64,000 nucleotides of DNA, from assembly GCA_964016885.1 (NCBI GenBank), contig OZ024740.1, positions 77,252,001 through 77,316,000 on the forward strand, written 5' to 3'. Every line of letters starts with the position of its first letter. Within the stretch, counting starts at the first letter, position 1. Under the pieces are notes generated by a model, which worked only from the letters and a program-made list of their open reading frames with translations, made no database searches and was not told the DNA's origin. Origin of the DNA: Eledone cirrhosa (Eukaryota). This document shows, piece after piece, positions 24,701 through 36,400 of the stretch. A program made the translations under genes and the position numbers.

Positions 24701-27700
24701 TGTTGGTGTTGTTAGCGATGGTATTGGAGTTGGCGTTGGTGTTGGTGGTGGGGCTGGAGTGCTGTTGATGTTGATGTTGGTGTTGTTAGCGATGGTGTTG
24801 GAGTTGGTGTTGGTGTTGGTAGTGGGGCGGGAGTGCTGTGATGTTGATGTTGGTGTTGTTAGCGATGGTATTGTAGTTGACGTTGGTGTTGGTGTTGGTG
24901 GTGGGGCGGGAGTGCTGTGATGTTGGTGTTGTTAGCGATGGTATTGGAGTTGGCGTTGGTGTTGGTGGTGGGGCGGGAGTGCTGTGATGTTGATGTTGGT
25001 GTTGTTAGCGATGGTATTGTAGTTGACGTTGGTGTTGGTGGTGGGGCGGGAGTGCTGTGATGTTGATGTTGGTGTTGTTAGCGATGGTATTGTAGTTGAC
25101 GTTGGTGTTGGTGTTGGTGGTGGGGCGGGAGTGCTGTGATGTTGGTGTTGTTAGCGATGGTATTGGAGTTGGTGTTGGTGGTGGGGCTGGAGTGCTGTTG
25201 ATGTTGATGTTGGTGTTGTTAGCGATGATATTGGAGTTGGCTTTGGTGGTGGGGCTGGAGTGCTGTTGATGTTGATGTTGGTGTTGTTAGCGATGGTATT
25301 GGATGTGGCGTTGGTGTTGGTGGTGGGGCTGGAGTGCTGTTGATGTTGATTTTGGTGTTGTTAGCGATGGTATTGGAGGTGGCGTTGGTGTTGGTGGTGG
25401 GGCTGGAGGGCTGTTGATGTTGATGTTGGTGTTGTTAGCGATGGTATTGGAGGTGGAGTTGGTGTTGGTGGTGGGGCTGGAGTGCTGTTGATGTTGATTT
25501 TGGTGTTGTTAGCGATGGTATTGGAGGTGGCGTTGGTGTTGGTGGTGGGGCTGGAATGCTGTTTATGTTGATGTTGGTGTTGTTAGCGATGGTATTGGAG
25601 TTGGCGTTGGTGTTGGTGGTGGGGCTGGAGTGCTGTTGATGTTGATGTTGGTGTTGTTAGCGATGGTATTGGAGTTGGCGTTGGTGTTGGTGGTGCGGCT
25701 GGAGTGCTGTTGATGTTGATGTTGGTGTTGTTAGAGATGGTATTGGAGTTGGTGTTGGTGTTGGTGGTGGGGCTGGAGTGCTGTTGATGTTGATGTTGGT
25801 GTTGTTAGCGATGGTATTGGAGTTGGCGTTGATGTTGGTGGTGGGGCTGGAGTGCTGTTGATGTTGATGTTGGTGTTGTTAGCGATGGTATTGGAGTTGG
25901 CGTTGGTGTTGGTGGTGCGGCTGGAGTGCTGTTGATGTTGATGTTGGTGTCGTTAGCGATGGTATTGGAGTTGGCGTTGATGTTGGTGGTGGGGCTGGAG
26001 TGCTGTTGATGTTGATGTTGGTGTTGTTAGCGATGGTATTGAAGGTGGCGTTGGTGTTGGTGGTGGGGCTGGAGTGCTGTTGATGTTGGTGTTGGTGTTG
26101 TTAGCGATGGTATTGGAGTTGGTGTCGTATTGGTGGTGGTCGCGGTGCTGGAGCGCTGTTGATGTTGATGTTGGTGTTGTTAGCGATGGTGTTGGAGTTG
26201 GCGTTGGTGTTGGTGTTGGTGGTGGGGCTGGAGTGCTGTTGATGTTGATGTTGGTGTTGTTAGCGATGGTATTGGAGTTGGTGTTGGTGGTGGGGCTGGA
26301 GTGCTGTTGATGTTGATGTTGGTGTTGTTAGCGATGATATTGGAGTTGGCTTTGGCGTTGGTGTTGGTGGTGGGGCTGGAGTGCTGTTGATGTTGATGTT
26401 GGTGTTGTTAGCGATGGTATTGGAGGTGGCGTTGGTGTTGGTGGTGGGGCTGGAGTGCTGTTGATGTTGATTTTGGTGTTGTTAGCGATGGTATTGGAAT
26501 TGGCGTTGATGTTGGTGGTGGGGCTGGAGTGCTGTTGATGTTGATTTTGGTGTTGTTAGCGATGGTATTGGAGTTGGCGTTGGTGTTGGTGGTGGGGCTG
26601 GTGTGCTGTTGATGTTGATGTTGGTGTTGTTAGCGATGGTATTGGAGTTGGCGTTGGTGTTGGTGGTGGGGCTGGAGTGCTGTTGATGTTGATGTTGGTG
26701 TTGTTAGCGATGGTATTGGAGTTGGTGTTGGTGGTGGGGCTGGAGTGCTATTGATGTTGATGTTGGTGTTGTTAGCGATGGTATTGGAGGTGGCGTTGGT
26801 GTTAGTGGTGGGGCTGGAGTGCTGTTGATGTTGATGTTGGTGTTGTTAGCGATGGTATTGGAGGTGGCGTTGGTGTTTGTGGTGGGGCTGGAGTGCTGTT
26901 GATGTTGATTTTGGTGTTGTTAGCGATGGTATTGGAATTGGCGTTGATGTTGGTGGTGGGGCTGGAGTGCTGTTGATGTTGATTTTGGTGTTGTTAGCGA
27001 TGGTATTGGAGTTGGCGTTGGTGTTGGTGGTGGGGCTGGTGTGCTGTTGATGTTGATGTTGGTGTTGTTAGCGATGGTATTGGAGTTGGCGTTGGTGTTG
27101 GTGGTGGGGCTGGAGTGCTGTTGATGTTGATGTTGGTGTTGTTAGCGATGGTATTGGAGTTGGCGTTGGTGTTGGTGGTGGTGCTGGAGTGCTGTTGATG
27201 TTGGTGTTGTTAGCGATGGTATTGGAGTTGGCGTTGGTGTTGGTGGTGGGGCTGGAGTGCTGTTGATGTTGATGTTGGTGTTGTTAGCGATGGTATTGGA
27301 GGTGGCGTTGGTGTTGGTGGTGGGGCTGGAGTGCTGTTGATGTTGACTTTGGTGTTGTTAGCGATGGTATTGGAGTTGGCGTTGATGTTGGTGGTGGGGC
27401 TGGAGTGCTGTTGATGTTGATGTTGGTGTTGTTAGCGATGGTATTGGAGTTGGCGTTGATGTTGGTGGTGGGGCTGGAGTGCTGTTGATGTTGGTGTTGG
27501 TGTTGTTAGCGATGGTATTGGAGTTGGCGTTGGTGTTGGTGGTGGGGCTGGAGTGCTGTTGATGTTGATTTTGGTGTTGTTAGCGATGGTATTGGAGGTG
27601 GAGTTGGTGTTGGTGGTGGGGCTGGAGTGCTGTTGATGTTGATTTTGGTGTTGTTAGCGATGGTATTGGAGTTGGCGTTGATGTTGGTGGTGGGGCTGGA

Positions 27701-30490
27701 GTGCTGTTGATGTCGATGTTGGTGTTGTTAGCGATGGTATTGGAGTTGGCGTTGGTGTTGGTGGTGGGGCTGGAGTGCTGTTGATGTCGATGTTGGTGTT
27801 GTTAGCAATGGTATTGGAGTTGGCGTTGGTGTTGGTGGTGGGGCTGTAGTGCTGTTGATGTTGATTTTGGTGTTGTTAGCGATGGTATTGGAGTTGGCGT
27901 TGGTGTTGGTGTTGGTGGTGAGGCTGGAGTGCTGTTGATGTTGATGTTGGTGTTGTTAGCGATGGTATTGGAGGTGGCGTTGGTGTTGGTGTTGGTGGTG
28001 GGGCTGGAGTGCTGTTGATGTTGATGTTGGTGTTGTTAGCGATGGTATTGGAGGTGGCGTTGGTGTTGGTGGTGGGGCTGGAGTGCTGTTGATGTTGATG
28101 TTGGTGTTGTTAGCGATGGTATTGGAGGTGGCGTTGGTGTTGGTGGTGGGCCTGGAGTGCTGTTGATGTTGATGTTGGTGTTGTTAGCGATGGTATGGGA
28201 GTTGGCGTTGGTGTTGGTGGTGGGGCTAGAGTGTTGCTGACGTTGATGTTGGTGTTGTTAGCGATGGTATTGGAGTTGGCTTTGGCGTTGGTGTTGGTGT
28301 TGGTGGTGGGGCTGGAGTGCTGTTGATGTTGATTTTGGTGTTGTTAGCGATGGTATGGGAGTTGGCGTTGGTGTTGGTGGTGGGGCTAGAGTGTTGCTGA
28401 CGTTGATGTTGGTGTTGTTAGCGATGGTATTGGAGTTGGTGTTGGTGTTGGTGGTGGGGCTGGAGTGCTGTTGATGTTGATGTTGGTGTTGTTAGCGATG
28501 GTTTTGCTGTTGGTGTTGGTGGTGGGGCTGGAGTGCTGTTGATGTTGATGTTGGTGTTGTTAGCGATGGTATTGGAATTGGCGTTGATGTTGGTGGTGGG
28601 GCTGGAGTGCTGTTGATGTTGATTTTGGTGTTGTTAGCGATGGTATTGGAGGTGGAGTTGGTGTTGGTGGTGGGGCTGGAGTGCTGTTGATGTTGATTTT
28701 GGTGTTGTTAGCGATGGTATTGGAGTTGGCGTTGGTGTTGGTGGTGGGGCTGGTGTGCTGTTGATGTTGATGTTGGTGTTGTTAGCGATGGTATTGGAGT
28801 TGGCGTTGGTGTTGGTGGTGGGGCGGGAGTGTTGTTGATGTTGATGTTGGTGTTGTTAGCGATGGTATTGGTGTTGGCGTTGGTGTTGGGGCTGGAGTGC
28901 TGTTGATGTTGATGTTGGTGTTGTTAGCGATGGTATTGGAGTTGGCGTTGGTGTTGGTGGTGGGGCTGGAGTGTTGCTGATGTTGATGTTGGTGTTGTTA
29001 GCGATGGTATTGGTGTTGGCGTTGGTGTTGGGGCTGGAGTGCTGTTGATGTTGATGTTGGTGTTGTTAGCGAAGGTATTGGAGTTGGCGTTGGTGTTGGT
29101 GGTGGGGCTGGAGTGTTGCTGATGTTGATGTTGGTGTTGTTAGCGATGGTATTGGTGTTGGCGTTGGTGTTGGTGGTGGGGCGGGAGTGCTGTGATGTTG
29201 GTGTTGTTAGCGAAGGTATTGGAGTTGGCGTTGGTGTTGGTGGTGGGGCTGGAGTGTTGCTGATGTTGATGTTGGTGTTGTTAGCGATGGTATTGGTGTT
29301 GGCGTTGGTGTTGGTGGTGGGGCTGGAGTGCTGTTGATGTTGATATTGGTGTTGTTAGCGATGGTATTGGAGGTGGAGTTGGTGTTGGTGGTGGGGCTGG
29401 AGTGCTGTTGATGTTGATTTTGGTGTTGTTAGCGATGGTATTGGAGGTGGCGTTGGTGTTGGTGGTGGGGCTGGAATGCTGTTTATGTTGATGTTGGTGT
29501 TGTTAGCGATGGTATTAGAGTTGGCGTTGGTGTTGGTGGTGGGGCTGGAGTGCTGTTGATGTTGATGTTGGTGTTGTTAGCGATGGTATTGGAGTTGGCG
29601 TTGGTGTTGGTGGTGCGGCTGGAGTGCTGTTGATGTTGATGTTGGTGTTGTTAGAGATGGTATTGGAGTTGGTGTTGGTGTTGGTGGTGGGGCTGGAGTG
29701 CTGTTGATGTTGATGTTGGTGTTGTTAGCGATGGTATTGGAGTTGGCGTTGGTGTTGGTGGTGCGGCTGGAGTGCTGTTGATGTTGATGTTGGTGTTGTT
29801 AGCGATGGTATTGGAGTTGGCGTTGATGTTGGTGGTGGGGCTGGAGTGCTGTTGATGTTGATGTTGGTGTTGTTAGCGATGGTATTGAAGGTGGCGTTGG
29901 TGTTGGTGGTGGGGCTGGAGTGCTGTTGATGTTGGTGTTGGTGTTGTTAGCGATGGTATTGGAGTTGGTGTCGTATTGGTGGTGGTCGCGGTGCTGGAGC
30001 GCTGTTGATGTTGATGTTGGTGTTGTTAGCGATGGTGTTGGAGTTGGCGTTGGTGTTGGTGTTGGTGGTGGGGCTGGAGTGCTGTTGATGTTGATGTTGG
30101 TGTTGTTAGCGATGGTATTGGAGTTGGTGTTGGTGGTGGGGCTGGAGTGCTGTTGATGTTGATGTTGGTGTTGTTAGCGATGATATTGGAGTTGGCTTTG
30201 GTGTTGGTGGTGGGGCTGGAGTGCTGTTGATGTTGATGTTGGTGTTGTTAGCGATGGTATTGGAGTTGGCGTTGGTGTTGGTGGTGGGGCTGGAGTGCTG
30301 TTGATGTTGATGTTGGTGTTGTTAGCGATGGTATTGGAGTTGGTGTTGGTGGTGGGGCTGGAGTGCTGTTGATGTTGATGTTGGTGTTGTTAGCGATGGT
30401 ATTGGAGGTGGCGTTGGTGTTGGTGGTGGGGCTGGAGTGCTGTTGATGTTGATGTTGGTGTTGTTAGCGATGGTATTGGAGGTGGCGTTG
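18770..30490. repeat. ~6.0 kb tandem duplication (5967-bp offset; second copy shortened at its 3' end)
   Basis: Offset 5967 for ORFs 19336/25303 and 20107/26074, for marker GGTAGTGGGGCGGG (A at 18854/24821) and for CTAGAGTGTTGCTGACG (~22259/28226). After ~29210 the offset falls to 5826 and then 5752 (24168/29920). Confidence 0.88.
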
Positions 30491-33400
30491 GTGTTGGTGG
30501 TGGGGCTGGAGTGCTGTTGATGTTGATTTTGGTGTTGTTAGCGATGGTATTGGAATTGGCGTTGATGTTGGTGGTGGGGCTGGAGTGCTGTTGATGTTGA
30601 TTTTGGTGTTGTTAGCGATGGTATTGGAGTTGGCGTTGGTGTTGGTGGTGGGGCTGGTGTGCTGTTGATGTTGATGTTGGTGTTGTTAGCGATGGTATTG
30701 GAGTTGGCGTTGGTGTTGGTGGTGGGGCTGGAGTGCTGTTGATGTTGATGTTGGTGTTGTTAGCGATGGTATTGGAGTTGGCGTTGGTGTTGGTGGTGGG
30801 GCTGGAGTGCTGTTGATGTTGATGTTGGTGTTGTTAGCGATGGTATTGGAGTTGGCGTTGGTGTTGGTGGTGGGGCTGGAGTGCTGTTGATGTTGATGTT
30901 GGTGTTGTTAGCGATGGTATTGGAGGTGGCGTTGGTGTTGGTGGAGGGCTGGAGTGCTGTTGATGTTGACTTTGGTGTTGTTAGCGATGGTATTGGAGTT
31001 GGCGTTGATGTTGGTGGTGGGGCTGGAGTGCTGTTGATGTTGATGTTGGTGTTGTTAGCGATGGTATTGGAGTTGGCGTTGATGTTGGTGGTGGGGCTGG
31101 AGTGCTGTTGATGTTGGTGTTGGTGTTGTTAGCGATGGTATTGGAGTTGGCGTTGGTGTTGGTGGTGGGGCTGGAGTGCTGTTGATGTTGATTTTGGTGT
31201 TGTTAGCGATGGTATTGGAGGTGGAGTTGGTGTTGGTGGTGGGGCTGGAGTGCTGTTGATGTTGATTTTGGTGTTGTTAGCGATGGTATTGGAGTTGGCG
31301 TTGATGTTGGTGGTGGGGCTGGAGTGCTGTTGATGTCGATGTTGGTGTTGTTAGCGATGGTATTGGAGTTGGCGTTTGTGTTGGTGGTGGGGCTGGAGTG
31401 CTGTTGATGTCGATGTTGGTGTTGTTAGCGATGGTATTGGAGTTGGCGTTGGTGTTGGTGGTGGGGCTGGAGTGCTGTTGATGTTGATTTTGGTGTTGTT
31501 AGCGATGGTATTGGAGTTGGCGTTGGTGTTGGTGTTGGTGGTGAGGCTGGAGTGCTGTTGATGTTGATGTTGGTGTTGTTAGCGATGGTATTGGAGGTGG
31601 CGTTGGTGTTGGTGTTGGTGGTGGGGCTGGAGTGCTGTTGATGTTGATGTTGGTGTTGTTAGCGATGGTATTGGAGGTGGCGTTGGTGTTGGTGGTGGGG
31701 CTGGAGTGCTGTTGATGTTGATGTTGGTGTTGTTAGCGATGGTATTGGAGGTGGCGTTGGTGTTGGTGGTGGGCCTGGAGTGCTGTTGATGTTGATGTTG
31801 GTGTTGTTAGCGATGGTATTGAAGGTGGCGTTGGTGTTGGTGTTGGTGGTGGGGCTGGAGTGCTGTTGATGTTGATTTTGGTGTTGTTAGCGATGGTATT
31901 GGAGTTGGCGTTGGTGGTGGTGGTGGGGCTGGAGTGCTGTTGATGTTGATGTTGGTGTTGTTAGCGATGGTATTGGAGTTGGCGTTGGTGTTGGTGTTGG
32001 TGGTGAGGCTGGAATGCTGTTGATATTGATGTTGGTGTTGTTAGCGATGGTATTGGAGTTGGTGTTGGTGTTGGTGGTGGGGCTGGAGTGCTGTCGATGT
32101 TGATGTTGGTGTTGTTTGCGATGGTATTGGAGGTGGCGTTGGTGTTGGTGGTGGGGCTGGAGTGCTGTTGATGTTGATTTTGGTGTTGTTAGGGATGGTA
32201 TTGGAGTTGGTGTTGGTGGTGGAGCTGGAGTGTTGTTGATGTTGGTGTTGGTGTTGTTAGCGATGGTATTGGAGTTGGCGTTGGTGTTGGTGTTGGTGGT
32301 GGGGCTGGAGTGCTGTTGATGTTGATGTTGGTGTTGTTAGCGATGGTATTGGAGTTGGTGTTGGTGGTGGAGCTGGAGTGTTGTTGATGTTGGTGTTGGT
32401 GTTGTTAGCGAGGGTATTGGAGTTGGTGTTGGTGTTGGTGGTGGGGCTGGAGTGCTGTTGATGTTGATGTTGGTGTTGTTAGCGATGGTATTGGAGGTGG
32501 CGTTGGTGTTGGTGTTGGTGGTGGGGCTGGAATGCTGTTGATGTTGATGTTGGTGTTGTTAGCGATGGTATTGGAGTTGGTGTTGGTGGTGGAGCTGGAG
32601 TGTTGTTGATGTTGGTGTTGGTGTTGTTAGCGATGGTATTGGAGTTGGTGTTGGTGTTGGTGGTGGGGCTGGAGTGTTGTTGATGTTGGTGTTGGTGTTG
32701 TTAGCGATGGTATTGGAGTTGGTGTTGGTCGCGGTGATGGAGCGCTGTTGATGTTGATGTTGGTGTTGTTAGCCATGGTATTGGAGTTGGCATTGGTGTT
32801 GGTGGTGGGGCGGGAGTGCTGTGATGTTGATGTTGGTGTTGTTAGCGATGGTATTGGAGTTGGTGTTGGTGTTGGTGGTGGGGCGGGAGTGCTGTGATGT
32901 TGATGTTGGTGTTGTTAGCGATGGTATTGGAGTTGGTGTTGGTGTTGGTGGTGGGGCTGGAGTGCTGTGATGTTGATGTTGGTGTAGTTAGCCATGGTAT
33001 TGGAGTTGGCATTGGTGTTGGTGGTGGGGCGGGAGTGCTGTGATGTTGATGTTGGTGTTGTTAGCGATGGTATTGGAGTTGGTGTTGGTGTTGGTGGTGG
33101 GGCGGGAGTGCTGTGATGTTGATGTTGGTGTTGTTAGCGATGGTATTGGAGTTGGTGTTGGTGTTGGTGTTGGTGGTGGGGCTGGAGTGCTGTTGATGTT
33201 GGTGTTGGTGTTGTTAGCGATGGTATTGGAGTTGGTGTTGGTGTTGGTGTTGGTGGTGGGGTTGGAGTGCTGTTGATGTTGATGTTGGTGTTGTTAGCGA
33301 TGGTACTGGAGTTGACGTTGGTGTTGGTGGTGGGGCGGGAGTGCTGCGATGTTGATGTTGGTGTTGTTAGCGATGGTACTGGAGTTGACGTTGGTGTTGG

Positions 33401-36400
33401 TGTTGGTGGTGGGGCTGGAATGCTGTTTATGTTGATGTTGGTGTTGTTAGCGATGGTACTGGAGTTGACGTTGGTGTTGGTGGTGGGGCGGGAGTGCTGC
33501 GATGTTGATGTTGGTGTTGTTAGCGATGGTATTGGAGTTGATGTTGGTGGTGGGGCTGGAGTGCTGTTGATGTTGATGTTGGTGTTGTTAGCGATGGTAT
33601 TGGAGGTGGCGTTGGTGTTGGTGGTGGGGCTGGAGTGCTGTTGATGTTGATGTTGGTGTTGTTAGCGATGGTATTGGAGGTGGCGTTGGTGTTGGTGGTG
33701 GGGCTGGAGTGCTGTTGATGTTGATTTTGGTGTTGTTAGCGATGGTATTGGAGTTGGCGTTGATGTTGGTGGTGGGGCTGTAGTGCTGTTGATGTTGATG
33801 TTGGTGTTGTTAGCGATGGTATTGGAGGTGGCGTTGGTGTTGGTGGTGGGGCTGGAGTGCTGTTGATGTTGATTTTGGTGTTGTTAGCGATGGTATTGGA
33901 GTTCGCGTTGATGTTGGTGGTGGGGCTGGAGTGCTGTTGATGTTGATGTTGGTGTTGTTAGCGATGGTATTGGAGTTGGTGTTGGTGTTGGAGTTGGTGT
34001 TGGTGTTGGAGTTGGTGTTGGGGCAGGAGTGCTGTTGATGTTGATGTTGGTGTTGTTAGCGATGGTATTGGAGTTGGTGTTGGTGTTGGAGTTGGTGTTG
34101 GTGTTGGAGTTGGTGTTGGGGCAGGAGTGCTGTTGATGTTGATGTTGGTGTTGTTAGCGATGGTATTGGTGTTGGCGTTGTTGTTGGTGTTGGGGCTGGA
34201 GTGCTGTTGATGTTGATGTTGGTGTTGTTAGCGATCGTATTGGAGTTGGTGTTGGTGTTGGTTGTGGGGCTGGAGTGCTGTTGATGTTGATGTTGGTGTT
34301 GTTAGCGATTGTATTGAAGTTGGTGTTGGTGTTGGTTGTGGGGCTGGAGTGCTGTTGATGTTGATCTTGGTGTTGTTAGCGATTGTATTGGAGTTGGTGT
34401 TGGTGTTGGTTGTGGGGCTGGAGTGCTGTTGATGTTGATGTTGGTGTTGTTAACGATGGTATTGGAGTTGGTGTTGGTGTTGGTGGCGGGGCGGGGCGGG
34501 AGTGCTGTTGATGTTGATGTTGGTGTTGTTAGCGAAGGTATTCGAGTTGGCGTTGGTGTTGGTGTTGGTGGTGGGGCTGGAGTGCTGTTGATGTTGATGT
34601 TGGTGTTGTTAGCGATTGTATTGGAGTTAGCGTTGGTGTTGGTGGTGGGGCCGGAGTGATGTTGTTAGCGATGGTATTGGAGTTGGTGTTGGTGTTGGTG
34701 GTGGGGCTGGTGTGCTGTTGATGTTGATGTTGGTGTTGTTAGCGATGTTATTGGATGTGGCGTTGGTGTTGGTGGTGGGGCTGGAGTGCTGTTGATGTTG
34801 ATGTTAGTGTTGTTAGCCCTGGTATTGGAGTTGGCGTTGGTGTTGGGGCTGGAGTGCTGTTGATGTTGATGTTGGTGTTGTTAGCGATGGTGTTGGAGTT
34901 GGCGTTGGTGTTGGTGGTGGGGCTGGAGTGCTGTTGATGTTGATGTTGGTGTTGTTAGCGATGGTATTGGAGTTGGTGTTGGTGTTGGAGTTGGTGTTGG
35001 TGTTGGAGTTGGTGTTGGGGCAGGAGTGCTGTTGATGTTGATGTTGGTGTTGTTAGCGATGGTATTGGAGTTGGTGTTGGTGTTGGAGTTGGTGTTGGTG
35101 TTGGAGTTGGTGTTGGGGCAGGAGTGCTGTTGATGTTGATGTTGGTGTTGTTAGCGATGTTATTGGAGGTGGCGTTGGTGTTGGTAGTGGTGCTGGAGTG
35201 CTGTTGATGTTGATGTTGGTGTTGTTAGGGATGGTATTGGATTTGGCGTTGGTGTTGGTGGTGGTGTTGGTGTTGGAGTTGAGGCAGGAGTGCTGTTGAT
35301 GTTGATGTTGATGTTCGTACTGTTAGCGATGGTATTGGATTTGACGTTGGTGTTGGTGGTGGTGTTGGTGTTGGTGGTGGGGCTGGAGTGCTATTCATGT
35401 TGATGTTGATGTTCGTACTGTTAGCGATGGTATTGGAGTTGACGTTGGTGTTGGTGTTGGTGGTGGGGCGGGTGTGCTGTTCATGTTGATGTTGTGTTGC
35501 TAGCGATGGCATTGGAGTTGGTGTTGGTGTTGGTGGTGGGGCTGGAGTGCTGTTGATGTTGATGTTGGTGTTGTTAGCGATGGTGTTGGAGTTGGCGTTG
35601 GTGTTGGTGGTGGGGCTGGAGTGCTGTTGATGTTGATATTGGTGTTGTTAGCGATGGTATTGGAGGTGGAGTTGGTGTTGGTGGTGGGGCTGGAGTGCTG
35701 TTGATGTTGATTTTGGTGTTGTTAGCGATGGTATTGGAGGTGGCGTTGGTGTTGGTGGTGGGGCTGGAATGCTGTTTATGTTGATGTTGGTGTTGTTAGC
35801 GATGGTATTAGAGTTGGCGTTGGTGTTGGTGGTGGGGCTGGAGTGCTGTTGATGTTGATGTTGGTGTTGTTAGCGATGGTATTGGAGTTGGCGTTGGTGT
35901 TGGTGGTGCGGCTGGAGTGCTGTTGATGTTGATGTTGGTGTTGTTAGAGATGGTATTGGAGTTGGTGTTGGTGTTGGTGGTGGGGCTGGAGTGCTGTTGA
36001 TGTTGATGTTGGTGTTGTTAGCGATGGTATTGGAGTTGGCGTTGATGTTGGTGGTGGGGCTGGAGTGCTGTTGATGTTGATGTTGGTGTTGTTAGCGATG
36101 GTATTGGAGTTGGCGTTGGTGTTGGTGGTGCGGCTGGAGTGCTGTTGATGTTGATGTTGGTGTTGTTAGCGATGGTATTGGAGTTGGCGTTGATGTTGGT
36201 GGTGGGGCTGGAGTGCTGTTGATGTTGATGTTGGTGTTGTTAGCGATGGTATTGAAGGTGGCGTTGGTGTTGGTGGTGGGGCTGGAGTGCTGTTGATGTT
36301 GGTGTTGGTGTTGTTAGCGATGGTATTGGAGTTGGTGTCGTATTGGTGGTGGTCGCGGTGCTGGAGCGCTGTTGATGTTGATGTTGGTGTTGTTAGCGAT

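Noticed and set aside
34486-34500. GGCGGGGCGGGGCGGG GC-box/Sp1-like motif
   Set aside because: It is explained by a 5-bp slippage at a monomer end. There is no promoter or gene context.
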